NCBI GenBank assembly: GCA_013265495.1
Contig: MU058221.1
Coordinates: forward strand, 3,660,001 to 3,724,000
DNA: 64,000 nucleotides
Source: Vicugna vicugna
Taxonomy: Eukaryota
Reading direction: 5' to 3'
The notes beneath the pieces are model-generated. The model did not search any database. It was not told the origin of the DNA and saw only the letters and a program-made list of their open reading frames with translations. Below, in pieces: positions 1 to 12,991 of the stretch (its first letter is position 1; the number at the start of each line of letters is the position of its first letter). The position numbers and the translations under genes are program-made.

Positions 1-27
1 AAAAAGAAAAGAGAACTATAAAACAAG

Positions 28-237
28 GCAGTCATACGTATACATACATATATTCATTTTCATATTCTTTTTCATTATAAGTTACCATAGGATATTGAAT
101 ATCTTTTTGTTTTGTATCTTTTTTATATATAGCAGTTAATATTTGCAAATCTCAAACTCCCAATTTATTCCTTCCACCCCTTTCCCCAGCCAGTCACCAA
201 AAATTTGGTTACTATGTCTGTGAGTCTGTTTCTGTTT
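28..237 (-). mobile_element. L1 3'-UTR fragment (camelid/cetartiodactyl L1)
   Basis: cagtcatac..tatattcattttcatattctttttcattataag..caaatctcaaactcccaatttat..gtctgtgagtctgtttctgttt; similar to the copies at 32521 and 35370. Confidence 0.8.
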
Positions 238-699
238 AAGTTCACCTTTCTTAAATCCCTTTATTTATTCCAACAACAAATATTTATTAATAATTACTTA
301 TTATATGCCATGAGCTATGCTAATGGGGCGTAATAATGCTTTGCCTTTCTTGAGGTTTCCTTGAGCATCAAGAGACAATGTATCTGAAAGTACCTTATAA
401 AATGTAATGGGCTACACATATAAGAAACATTTCTAATGCCCTGAAAGGCTTTAAATTGCTTTGTGAAATAGAGAAGACAAAAATTATATTCAGCAGAGCT
501 TTAATATTCAGGGAATTTTATTGAATTGTAATTCTTGGAAATTGCTTTATATTGTAACTTTCTTTAAAATGTATTATCCATTTTATCAGAAGAGCAGATT
601 CTGTACCACACTTATTATTAATATGTCTTTCCTATTCTCCAACTCAAAATTGTTCTCCATTTAGTTACTTTCTTTTTAATGGGCATATTTTAAGAACAT

Positions 700-843
700 T
701 TTATTTTATTTTTTAGGGGTATCTTATTTATTTATTTATTTGGCGGGGGAGGTAGTTAGGTTAATTTTACTTATTTATTTTTAATGGAGGTACTGGTGCG
801 TGCTAAGCATACAGTCTACCAACAGAGCTATACTCAGCTCCCT
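700..843 (-). mobile_element. tRNA-derived SINE (Vic-1-like), internally deleted
   Basis: ttaatggaggtactgg..gtgctaagcat..ctacc..gagctatac with T-rich tail to the left; matches copies at 38420 and 54126 but lacks the B-box segment. Confidence 0.8.
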
Positions 844-2189
844 GGTAGCTCCGTTCTTGATAGTCATAGTTAACGTGTCTGTGGTTTTGCAGCTCTTTCT
901 ATAGGAGACATTCATAGGGCGGACATCTGCTTTCTGTTATCCATATTTTTCCCGTTCTGTTTAATATGAAGACACAGTGGACTTACATCCAGGCCAAGCA
1001 CTTCCAGGGGTTTCAGAGATTTGTACTACGACACCTAATCTTTTCAGGAAAACATACAAAATACTTAGTTAAACACTAAATGAGCACTTATTGAGCAAGC
1101 ATCTTAGGTCCAGAATTATTTTCAGTGTTGTTGGAATAACAAAATGTGAAGAACCTTCGTTGGATTAAAAATCCTTACTCAGTTGGAAAACAGAGACCCA
1201 CATTGCGGCTACACTGGCAAGTGTTGGTGGGGTGATCGATGTGAACTCCCCACCATTCATGGACAAGGCTGGAGCTGAACTGATCCTTAATAATGTGAGG
1301 GTGAGGGTAAGAATGATGGATTGTATGTTTGTGTGTGTGTTTCTTTTTTTCACAGATATTAGCGACATCCTCTTAGGAGATTATTATAATTCTTTGTTGT
1401 GTTGGCTAAAGGTGTGGCCATCGACTTGCTCTGAATAATGAAATGTGAGAAAAAGTGAAGTGTGTTAGCTGCAAGGAAGAGCTTTTAGAGCTAGTGTGTG
1501 GGTAGTAATAATGATTATTTTTCTTTGGATCATGATGGTAGAAGCGAAGCCGTAGACGGAGACTTCTTCATTGCCCTGAAATTTGGAGAGGAGAGCGTGT
1601 GGAGTAGAGCCAGAGCTGACCCACGTTGCTCCTGTAACATGGGCAAGAGAGAATCACTTGCCGTCGTGAGCCTTTGGGTTTGAGGTCCTGCGTGACTGCA
1701 GCGTCCCCTAGACTCCTCTGAGCGATGTTAGCAAATTAAATAGTTTAGGGGCTTTTAATTGCATTTCAATCTCTTGTTTTACTAGTGGCCCGTAGGTGGT
1801 GCTCACTTACTATTGGATAAAGCAAAAAAAATTTCAGTGATTTTTTTTTTAAGTGAAATATATACTAAATGCTGGAAATGCAAATTACGAAGATAGTGTT
1901 GGTCCTTAAATGACTTACTATGTCATTGCAACCAGATATACTCCAGATTCTAAAATCATGTGATAAGTGTAGTAACAGAGGCACGAGGAGCAACGAATGT
2001 AAGTGACTGAACCTGAGGAGGGGCTGGTTCAGACGTGGGAGGGATGGGGATAAGCCTTCTGCTCCTCCGCCCACCCGTTTACCAGTACCCCTCCCCACCT
2101 CATTCCTTCTTCTCCAGGGAAAGAGTCGCTGACAACTTAGTTGATGTGTTAATTTTTGATCGATCCTGTGACAGACTTTCATAAGCTCT

Positions 2190-2685
2190 GTGGCTATAAA
2201 TAGCACAAATGCATTTTACACTGCATTGTGCGTTACGCTTCTCTATGTTAGAAGTCCAGCACCGGTCTCAGTGGCTAAAATCAAGGCGTTGGTTGGACGG
2301 TGTTCCCCTCTGTATGTTCGAGACGAGACTTTGATTCCTTGTCTTTTCCAGTGTCCGAAGGCTGCCACGTTCCGTCTCTTGTGGTCCCTTTCCTCCACCG
2401 GCAAAGCCTGCAGCTCCAGGCCAAGTCCGTCTCACACTGAATCATTTTCACCTTCTCTGGCCTCCGTCTTCCCCTTTGGGGGGAACCTCACCTCCTCCCT
2501 TGTGTGTACTTCGGAACCACACAGATAGTTCAGTGTCATTTCCCACTTTTTAAGGTCAGCCAATTAGCAACCCAAATTCCACCTGCAGCCAATTCCCCTT
2601 TGCCTTGTAAGGTAATGTATTTAGGGGGTCCCAGGATTAAGACCCGGCCGTCTTAGGGAGGGGAGCTTTTTCTCTGCCTGCTGTA
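2190..2685 (-). mobile_element. MaLR LTR (MLT1C/D-like)
   Basis: ggctaaaatcaaggcgttgg..ttccttgtcttttccag..aaggtcagccaattagcaacc..ccctttgccttgtaaggtaa..ccaggattaagac, typical MLT1 motifs. Confidence 0.8.
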
Positions 2686-3879
2686 ATTACTAACAGTCCC
2701 ATCAGATTCACTGGACCAAATTTCCCTCTGCAGGCTAAGATTCCATGCCTTAAAATACAAACATAGCCACTCTGATTCCTGACTCAGATTTAGGTCACAC
2801 CTGCCCCTGGGAGCAGCCTGGTCACCTTCCAGACTCTCCCCTATTGTAAGTGACCGAGAAAGTGAACTCCAGGATTTAAAGCTCTGAGGATCATTTCGGC
2901 CAATCCAGGTGCCAGCCGCCAGCCAGACCCAGCCCGAGCCCGTGGGCGTCTCCGCTCTGCTGCCCTCTGTGAATTTCCCCTGCAGGGATAAAGGTCCAAG
3001 CGAGTCCCATGGCTCAGACCACGGGAGGGAAGTCGGAGTCCCACCTCGGTACTGAGCCCTAACGTACATTCTTCAAACAGATGCTCATCAGAACGCCCTG
3101 CTTCGTATGTGAGATGGAGGCTCGTGTATTTATAAGTGGTAACAGTGTCCCATTCGTCTGTTATTTCTCGAAAATCCATTCATTAGGAACTCTAGGACAG
3201 TGGGACCCTGGCAGCAGAGTTACATTAGGAACAACAGAAGTCCATCTGTGTTGCTTCTTTTCCTGAAGATGAATCCAGCTTTTCTGCCGACCCTGAGAGA
3301 ACATTGGGTTAGTTGATTTGAGTGCTGGGGCCAGGTAGAGGGGAACCCATCTCCACGTTTCTAGCCAGGGTCCAAGTGGACGCCATGGCTGAGACTCAGC
3401 GGTTTCATAATCTCAAGTAGAACCAAGGTGGGGCCACGTTAGCCGGCGGGTAGTCTCATAATTAGGACTAAATTAATTATAGGCACTGTATTTACCCTGT
3501 ACATGTTCAGAGCAGTGTGAATAAACGTGCAATTCTGGTATACTATGTAGATTTTCAAGTGCTGGCTCTCTGAAACGTCACCAAAATTATGTTGATAAGA
3601 TAAATTTGAGTTTGCCACTTACCACTGTGAGAGAGAATATCGTTTTGCTACGTACAGTTTTGGTAACGTCTCAGAAGAGGAGGGCAAACTCAGAATATTT
3701 GCTGAGATTTTAGTATCAGTTTGAGGTAGTTCTTTCAATGCAAGACTTTGGTTACCGTTAGAAAATGATGGTGATACAATAGTTCAGTGTTTCGGAATAG
3801 AGTAAGGCAAGAGTTTTGAGCCAATAGATGCAAAATGCCTTTTTCATGAACTGTGGTTTGATGTTTTCTTTAGAAGATT

Positions 3880-4700
3880 TGATGAGTGTTTTAGGAAGTT
3901 CTTGGAATGAGTAGTAAAGATGTTTGAGGCTCTAACTTCCTGGCAGAGAGTCTCCTGGGATAGTGAAGTTAGATGGATGAAGACAGTGGAATAGGAAATA
4001 TATGCGAAATAGTAAGATGTGTGGACAACCTTGGTTTTCCTGATGAGCAAAGAAATGTGGCAGAACAGCAAATTCCAGCCTGTTTGGAGTCAGCACGTGA
4101 ATCACTGAATCAAGAAAACATCTCACCATTACTCAGGATGCAAGAAGATTACCACTGACCCCCACGTCTTTGGGTGTGTCATTCAATGCCTACTGCCTTG
4201 AGTTGCATCCTAGACAGAAGGAAACACTGCAGATACAGGATATTTAATGGCAGGAAAACACTGGCGCGAAATGAATCTGTGATGCGTCCCACTCAGTTAT
4301 TCTCTGACTTGGTCAAAGACAAACTTGTCGCAGGTTTCTGGAACAAGGTGGCCACAAGAAACAGAGTGGTGTTATTCTTTGTGGATCTTGATGGTGACAT
4401 AGTACCCTTGGTGGAGAGAGGATTTTCAGATTCACTGGGAATAGTTTTGACCTTAACTATGAGAAAGTAAGTTCCCCACGATGAAACTGAGATCAGGAAA
4501 CAGTGTAGAAACCTCTAGAAGCTACTGATGATTTCGTCCTTCAGGTACCAAAATTAAGAGCTATGTCAAAGGATATATTAAAGAAATGTTCACATACTAT
4601 GGGAAGATGTTCATAAGGCACTCAGGATCCAGTTGAAGGTGAAAGTCCTTTAAGGGGTGTAGAGATTCCAGATTTTGATGAAGGATGAATTGGACACTCT
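3880..4700 (+). mobile_element. Highly degenerate CR1/L3-like LINE ORF2 endonuclease region (tentative)
   Basis: Broken-frame motifs in the expected order: E-x-x-W-D-S-x-x-x-W (~3945-3975), G-x-F-N-like (~4238), T-R (~4353), S-L-G (~4432). Confidence 0.4.
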
Positions 4701-5050
4701 GGGATAATGTGCCTAGTTACCAAATGATATTTTTTCCCATCTCCCCTACAATCCACATGACTGTAGGGGGAAAATGCATAATATAATGTAAGCCACTTTC
4801 CTTTGGCCAAAGTTGAATACCCAAGGATATAAGCATTATCCAAATTATGCCACGTAAGACTTGTCCCTGAAGATTTTGGACTTGAAATCAAGGAAACGGG
4901 CAAAACTTCATCCATTTCCTGAAGTTACATATTTTTAAAAAATCATATTTTTAAAGCCTGGGAAATCAAAAGGTATATCTTGAGGTTAAAGAAGGGACGT
5001 TGAAGAAATAAATACCAATAAAAAGACAAAGCAATGCCATATGCGTAGAG

Positions 5051-5185
5051 CAGTGGTTCCCAAACTTAATAAAATACAGATTTCTGGGCCCCACCTCCAG
5101 ATTTTCTTATTTGTTAGATCTGTGGCTGGCCTGAGGATTTGCATTTCTAACAAGTTCTGAGACCACAATGATCTAAAAGCCACTG
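5051..5185. mobile_element. MER5A-like hAT-Charlie DNA transposon
   Basis: Termini cagtggttc...gccactg; internal ctgggccccacctccag and tttgcatttctaacaagttc; degenerate 8-bp TSD gcgtagag/gtctagag. Confidence 0.85.
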
Positions 5186-5305
5186 GTCTAGAGTAAAAGG
5201 AAAAAAAAAAAAAGGAGATGTCACATGGAAAATCCTGCCTTATTAATACAGCAAAAGTGTATTTGGGAGCAATCACCCATATTGTGATTTGCTTTCTAGA
5301 TCAGA

Positions 5306-5526
5306 TTTTTTTTTTGACTAAACTTGTTTTATTAATTAGGAAGAAGTGCGTGTTCCATTTACCACCTGGGGAAAGTGTATACATATAACCCTTTGTGCAA
5401 GTGCTCTTTTTCTGGGTAAGAACATTTTTTTCACTTTCTCTGTGATTTATCATAACATTTTGTGTATATTTCCCTGTGCTATACAGTGTAATCTTGTTTA
5501 TCTATTCTACAATTTTGAAACCCCCG
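5306..5526 (-). mobile_element. Short L1-mediated insertion: L1 3'-UTR piece plus ~110 bp non-L1 sequence and poly(A)
   Basis: T10 at 5306-5315, TTTATT at 5328-5333, L1 sequence at 5425-5522 near-identical to the copies at 50347/52899/55267, flanking tcagat(t/g)ttt repeats. Confidence 0.7.
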
Positions 5527-6859
5527 TCAGATGTTTAAATAGGTTCAGAGTATGCAACAGTCAAGAAGAGTAATTTGGAGATAAGGAGATGATCTCAAGG
5601 AGAAAGGCTTGCGTGATTCTCAAAAAGAGGGTGGAAATGCAGTTGTTTTTCAACCCGAGGAGTGGAAGTTCAGTGTATCCAGCTGCCACTAATTAAACCC
5701 CTTCGATAACTGCCAAATCTATACTTGGCTTGTCACCCCGATTTAAAAGGAAATGTCAATATGCTGAATATGGCAAAAGGGCCGTGGTTGCCAAGGTTCC
5801 CTAGCAGTGTGTGCTTGACAGTTACGGAATAGCTCAACTGACGGCTTCTAATAATAAGGCTCTGTGCCTCGGAGAATTTGAAGCCAGGCTAACCATGACA
5901 CATTATATTTTTGAAAAAAGACTTCTAATTGAGTATATGTTTAAAAGAAATTACAGCCTCCGTTCCATGTCTTCACCAATCTAAAAACAAGAAGCTTCGA
6001 AATCAAAGACCTTGATGGAATATATAGTAATTTTAATAAAAACAGTTGGTGCTTTTGGTTAAGGTACTTAGAATCAGATCCTAGGAATGTCTCTATTATG
6101 GAAAACTCATTTAAATAATGGGATTTGAGGGACTCCATCTGGGTTGGTTAAAATAATTGCACAGGGGCTAAAAATATGTTACATGCCGACACAAATGAAG
6201 TCGAGTTCTCAGAGGTCTGTGGTCTTCAGGAGAGAAGGCAGTAAATTTTCTAAAAAGCCTCTCAAAAAAACCCCAAAAAACCTCACTGAAGGATCTTGTA
6301 TAACTACATGCCATAGCCCCATACAAAAGCTAACCTAGGAGAAATTCTTTCATTCATATTATACACATCTTTACTAGTACATTTGGAAACTTTCTTTCCT
6401 ACCTTTTACCTCATATAATGTATAATTTAAAGATCATAAATGCAATTAACTTAGATAATACCAGATAACACTAGCTTCTATCCTAAGGGTAAACGAGGTC
6501 AATTGGAAGCACCAATAAACCAATGAGTTAGACCAATGTAAATGGGTCCTTTCAAAAAAATATTGGCCACTGACATATTTTGACAGTCTGTAGTGTCAAC
6601 GCCCACTTCCGTAATTGTTGACTGATTCCTCACTTTAAGCTTAACATGCTGTTATAGTAATTGGAATGAATGATTTGCACCCACTAAAGAACAATTTATG
6701 AAACAAAATTAGGAGAGAGCATCAAATTATGAACAACGTAAAAGTAACACAAATAGGTTGTAAATAAAAGAAAAATAGATGTACCTTCAATATCTCTAAG
6801 AAGTTGAAGAATTCAAATTATAACAAAAGAGGTTTTTTCACTTATCAATCATACTGGAG

Positions 6860-8775
6860 GTATAATTTAGACAAAAAAAATCATAGATTTCAGTTTACAA
6901 TTCAGTGAGATGAGAAATATTTAGCATTCATGTATCTTCCATCCCAGTCAAGATACGGAGCACACAGAACCCTCAGAGATTCCATTCATTTTGCTAAACT
7001 CATCAGTTACTTTTAATAGATATTTTAAAAATGAGAAAAATATGTTATTATGTTGTGTTTGCCCAGCTACTTACTGGTTCTACCATTCTCAATTATTTGT
7101 ATACATTCAGATTTCCGTTGGGAATTCTCCTTCTGCCCCAAGGAGTGCCTTTAGCCTTCTTAGTGTACGGAAGGGACCACTTCCTTCAGGTGTTGTATTT
7201 CAGGGAGAGGATTTATTTCACTTTTCCATTTAAACGATATTTTTGATAGGTATAACATTCTAAGTTGACAGTTTTACCTTCCTAATATTTGAGAGCTGTT
7301 GCTCCACCGTCTTCGGACTTTCATATGTTTGTGACCGAGGTCTACTGTTATTATTATTTTTATTCCTCTAGAGTAATGTGTCTTTTTTAGCTGCTGTTAA
7401 GATTGTCTCTTTGTCATGGGTTTGGAGTAATTTGATTATGATGTTTCTTAATGTAGTTTTCTTGATGTATCTTCTGTTTGAAGTTTGGTTTGTTGAACTT
7501 CTTGGATTCTTGAGTTGATATTTTTCATCAAATTGGAAAAATTGGGGTCACTATTTCCCAAGGATCCCCACCTCTCCCTTCTCTCCATTGGCGTCTCCAA
7601 TTATATGTATATTAAGCCACTTGTTCTGTAGTTCACTGATACACTGTTAATGTATTTATTCCCCCTTTTTTTTTCTGTGTTTCATTTTGAGTACTTTCTA
7701 TTGCTATAACCACAAACTCTCCAATCAGTATCCGCAGCACCCACTCTGTTGTTAATTCCATGTAGGGTATTTTTTTTATCTCCAACGTTTCTCTTCTTCA
7801 TTTTTAAGTGTTCATCTGGGGTCTTTTTTATTTTTCATTTCTCTCTTTAACAAGCTCATGATATTCTCTACACTCTGAAATATATGGAGCATCATTACGA
7901 CAACCATTTCAATGTACTTGTCTACTAATTCAAACATCTATGCTACTTCTGGGCTTGTATCTTTCTATTCATTTTTTTTTATTTATCATGAGTCATATTT
8001 TCCTGCTTTTTGGATGCCTAGCAACTTTTTTTTTATTGGATTACAGATACGGTGTATTTTTTTCTTGTTTTGTGCTAGATATTTGTATACTTCCATAAAT
8101 ATCTCTGAGCTTTGTTATGGGACACTGTTAACGTCCCTGGAAATGGTTTGATATTTTCAAGTCTCACTTTTGAGCTTATTTTCAGAAGGGGCAGAGCAGC
8201 TGTCAGTCCAGGGCTAATTTCACCACACTTCTGAGGCAAAACTCTTCTGAGTGCTCACACACTATTCGGTCCTCTCTTTTGAGGTTTTTGCATTCTGGCA
8301 GGTAGGAATGCAAACTATTTGTAGGTCTGTTTGAGCTCTGAGAATTTTCCTGCTTGGCCTTTTTTGACAGATCTCTCTCCAGCCTTGGGTACATTCTTCA
8401 CATGCGTGCATAATGTACGTGAGTTGATCAGTGCTCAGCTCACGTCTTGAAGGAAACCCTGTGCAGTCCTTAGATGTCTCTGTGCAGCTCTCTCCTCTCC
8501 TGCACTCTGCCTGAAATTTCTAGCTGGCTTCTCAAATTCTCAATTCTCTTTCCTCAAAACAGGGTTGGATCTGGGGTCCCCCTCCAAACAGTGTGGTGAC
8601 AAGTTGGGGTAATCTTGTTTGTTTCTTTTCTCTCCTGGAAACCTCTCCAGTGCTACCCATTGGCCGATGTCTGAAAACTACTGTCTCGTGTATTTGTCCA
8701 GTTCAGTAGTTGTTTAAGGCAGGTGTTCAAATTTAGTTAAGTTTGCTCCATCTAGGTCAGAAGTCAATGTCCCAG
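6860..8775 (-). mobile_element. Old L1M (L1MC/L1ME-type) fragment, ORF1/5' region
   Basis: T-rich antisense ORF1 signature: gtataacattctaagttgacagttt, taatttgattatgatgtttct, gaacttcttggat, ttcatcaaattggaaaa; 5'-region motifs at 8150-8770. Confidence 0.75.
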
Positions 8776-11700
8776 TAGATCAATATTGAAAGTAAAAAAG
8801 AAAATTATTTAGAAACTCGTAGTGTTTCCTACATCATCAATGGAAAACTTAAATGGAGAATACATGATTGAATTCCTTTGCATGTGTTTTCTCTGCAGTT
8901 GAGATAAAATTCTGCAGGTGTATCTGGGCTTCTGTCTCAGTTACATTGGCATTTCCTACAAGGAAGCCTAATTGTCAGTTACTGTGGATGGTCAGTTTTT
9001 CTAGAAAATGTATTGACGTTGGACACAATAAGGACAAACCTAAAAAATATGCACACCCACTATCACTTTCTGTCTTAATTTGTGTTTTGAAATACAGTCA
9101 GAGGAGCGGGGAACAAAACACTATCAGCAGAGTAAAAGCTCAGTGGGGAAGTGCCCCCCAGAGTGAAATGAAATGGGATGTTTTTACTGGACCTTAAACA
9201 CTGACATTATTTAGGAATATACTGCCAAAGAGTCACAAGTGGAAAAATCTATTTAAAAGAGAACGTATCTTTGAAAATTCAGTGTTTCTGCAATTATTTT
9301 ATTTCATAAAATGATTAGTCCATATCAGAAAAAGAACTTGTTTCAAAACTTCAAAGAAGCTAGATGAGGGGCAGTTTCTAAGCCTGTGGTTCATAAAAGA
9401 ATAACATACATTTTCTATGTGTGTCAATGTCGAACTTGGATTCTATGTAGATTTCAGAGTTTCAGAAACATACAAATGAGTCCTTTCTGAAGGACAAAGA
9501 TGAAAGATATGTTTGATTTTAAATTAGAAAAGATAGTACAATCTCTTTCCCCACCTATTATTTTTGGTCTCACCACGTTTAATTTGTAAAACCAATTACT
9601 TTGAGACTATTCATGTCTACTTTATTTTTTAAAAAAAAGTATGTATTTTGAACACTGACAATGTGAAAATCACTAACCCAGAATAGCTTTTGCTTTAAAT
9701 GTCAGCTGGCTTCCCAAGTCATATGTGCCTGAGGTTAAAAGTGGGGTCTGAATAACGTGACATGTTTCTCCCAATGTGCTGCTGTTCTTTTCCTTTCTAG
9801 GCCACTCCTCCCACCGCCTCCTCCCCTCCTCCCACACAATACATACCAGAGTGCCCTGGGGCATCTCCTGTGTACTCCTGTACACAGTCCGGTCTGCTTT
9901 TGGAGAGCATCCACTATTCCTCTTTTTCTCCTCCTCCCTACAGTAATTCCACGACTGACAATTCTGGAGCCTGTGAAAACCTTGTAGAGCTATTGGCAAA
10001 GCCAGTTCTGATCTGGAAACGGTCAGCCAAGCCACCTGGCACTGAGGCTCCCCTAAGAGAATATTTTCTTTCACTTTTTCTCCATTCCCAGTGGCTTTGT
10101 CCCTCTTTAAAAGTTACAGATCTCTGCACTCCCAACACTCTGTAACAACAACCCAAAATAGGAACACTGCCTTAACCATCCTTTCTTCAAAATGATTTAA
10201 CTCTCATTTCCACAGGGAATTCTTGGCATCAAATATCATGTAGAGGTTTAAACTTTTATTCATTGTCTTAACCGTCATCGGTTAAGCCTAATTAATCGTT
10301 AAAATTAATTTCCTAAATGAGGACAATTCTTTAAATCTCAGAGGACTGTTAACTTCTTTTGCAAACCTCGTTTAGGCTTTGGAAAGCACGGATTATGATA
10401 ATAATTCTCTCTATTAATCATATGTTGTTTTTGCTCAGCATCCCAATCATACAAATTCTAGTTAGAGGATGCAGAACTGAAGACTTTTCACGTGGCAAAT
10501 TTATAGGAAATTTAAAAAAAATCTTTAAAACCGTTAGTTTTCCTATTGATTGTTATTTTTTTAGATAATTCAGTGAATCCTAATGTGTGACTAGGCTCAA
10601 ATCAAATTGATGTTCTGTATTTTTTGAGTTACCTAATGTTCCTTAGCTCTCCTCACAGTTCTGGTACTAGACTTAGTCTGTTGTGATTCCTAGTACATTA
10701 TGTTTGATTTAGGCTGACAGTGCGGGAATCACAGGAAATGCACTCCGACTAAAGTTAATTCTAGCGCAGCATCAGCAGTGCCATCCACGATGTACTTCTA
10801 GATGTGTGTTATGGAAACTATTTAAATTAGCTAATGAAGTGGGGAAAAGGAAAGAAGGAAGGAAGGGAGGGAGGAAGCGAGAAGAGTATATAGACTGGAA
10901 AGGCTTCAAGAGCTGGCAATTTCTTTTGACTCCTACTAGTGTTTCTTTCCATAGCTTCCTCAATTTGGTCCCTTAGCAAAACAACTTTCTAAGGTTTCTC
11001 TGTCCCCATAAAATATCTATCCCCAAACTCCTGAATTTTACTTGTCTTTCAGATTCAGCAGCATAGAGAAGATAGTTAGTTACCTTTGAATCCCAATTTA
11101 TAAATTCTGTTCACAGATCTGAATCCTTGTGTCCACCTCTGGTCTCAGCAAATGGACAGAGGTGAAGGCACAATGGAAATCTAGTTTGTGAACCGAGAGA
11201 GCAGGGATCCTAAGGAAAAGGAAGAGCAATTCAGAGAAAAGATTTGTGATAAGCTGGACAGAACTGCCAAAATGTGTCCATGACACAGAAATGTCAATGA
11301 GGGGCAGACAGGTCAACCTGTAGAACTTGCTGAAAAAAAAAAAAAAAACAGCCAGGCAGAAAACTATTTGAGGAACAGAAACAAAACAACCAAAAACTAT
11401 CACATTAGATACTATTTGTTTTATCTAGTCTCAGTACACATCAGGGTGATCCCTCTCTTCAACCTGATTCCTTAACTGTTTAATTCTTGCTTCCTTTAAT
11501 CTTTCCATTTCCCCTACATCTTTTTTTTCCCCACATACAAATTTTTTAAAAAATACCACTGCTTGCAACTCATGGGTCAGATAATTACGAACCATCATTG
11601 AAAATTACTTAGAAATAATAAGATTATCAACTGGAAATATGAAATCTTATAGAAATCATATTTAGAGGCAGATATATAGCAGTGCATATCTTTATGAAAA

Positions 11701-11784
11701 TGAAATTGGTGGCAGTTTATACACAATTTTTAAGACTTTTATTTTTTTCCAGAGAAGTTGTGAGCTCAGAGCAAAACTGATGAT

Positions 11785-12041
11785 AGTGGAGTTCAATAGG
11801 AGGAAGACACTTCTTTCCTGGTCAGGACTCAGCCAATGAAAAGCCACAGGTTTATTGTTCATTATCACCCTCCCAGTGTCCTTCTCACCTCTATAAAAGA
11901 GTTTTTCTTCCCCTGACCTGCACGGACTGAGTGTACATGGCTAGCGGTGGTTGCAGACCCCAAATTCAGAATTCTCCACTGATCCAGAGTAAACCTATCT
12001 TTGCCGGAGAAATATCCTGCAGCCTATTTATTTTAGGTCAA
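11785..12041 (+). mobile_element. ERV1-class LTR 3' half (MER34/MER39-like)
   Basis: CCAAT box (agccaatg), ctataaaa TATA, agtaaa poly(A)-like signal, terminus tttattttaggtcaaca. Confidence 0.7.
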
Positions 12042-12537
12042 CAATAGCTCCCTCTATTTCTAGACTGAAGTGCTCGAAAAAGATGGGTTTACCCAATAGA
12101 TGGCATAACTTCCTGGATTTTTATCCAACTATGGACATTCACGTAACAGGGATGTCTGCAATATAAAGGTTTCTAGTGCCATTTTACCATCAAACTAAAA
12201 CGAATAGGATTTTTGTGTATCTTTTTGCTGTATGTGCATGTGTGGGGATTTGTGTTTGTTTAAGAAAGAGAGACAAGTACGCATCTTATTACTTGGGAAT
12301 CCTCCACTGCAAGGATGGGCCTGGGTTAAGCAATCGTCCTGGTCGTTTACATGTCACACACTTCTAGGCAGATCAGTCTACAACAAAAGCAAGCTGTGTG
12401 TCTGCCTTTGCCTCCACTACATGGACAAACTCACTTCACGTGAGCTGCTTTGAAATGATGCACAAGTCCCGTTTGAAGTAAAAAGACTTCTGCTTTATCC
12501 TCGCAGGCTCTCCTGCATCTCAGAAGGCTGGCTCAAG

Positions 12538-12991
12538 AGTTATAGATTGGGAAGTGTGAACGTGCAGGAGCACAGAATAGCTGCTGGGCCAGGAAACGGG
12601 TAACAACCTGGACTATGAATCAGCCACATAGCAGAGTCATCAAACTGCCCGTTCCCTGAGTGATATGGATAACAAACTCTGACACACATTTCTAAGTTGA
12701 TTTTACAGAAGCCAGAGCCCCACCGCACCCTGGGGAAAACTGCCGACCACAAACATGCAGACCCCAGACCAGCTGGGGCCAGAGGTACCCAGCCTCCACA
12801 GTCCTAATGTTGCCTTTGAAAACTCTTCCCTGAAGCCATCGTGGATTTCAGATCTTCTGAGCGCTAGCTACCCGCTCTCCTTTCTTGGCACCCTGCAATA
12901 AATGCTGCGCTCTCCTTTACTACAGCCCAGGGCCAGTAGGTTGGCTTTGCTGCATGTCTGGCAAGTAGATCCAAATCCAGGTTTGGTAACA
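12538..12991 (+). mobile_element. ERV1-class solo LTR
   Basis: ~450 bp; ccctgcaataaatgct poly(A) signal; ends in ggtaaca; R-U5 resembles the LTR at 58388. Confidence 0.75.

Noticed and set aside
2880..3120. GC/CpG-rich patch as a possible promoter
   Set aside because: Short, with no downstream exon or core promoter arrangement that I can support
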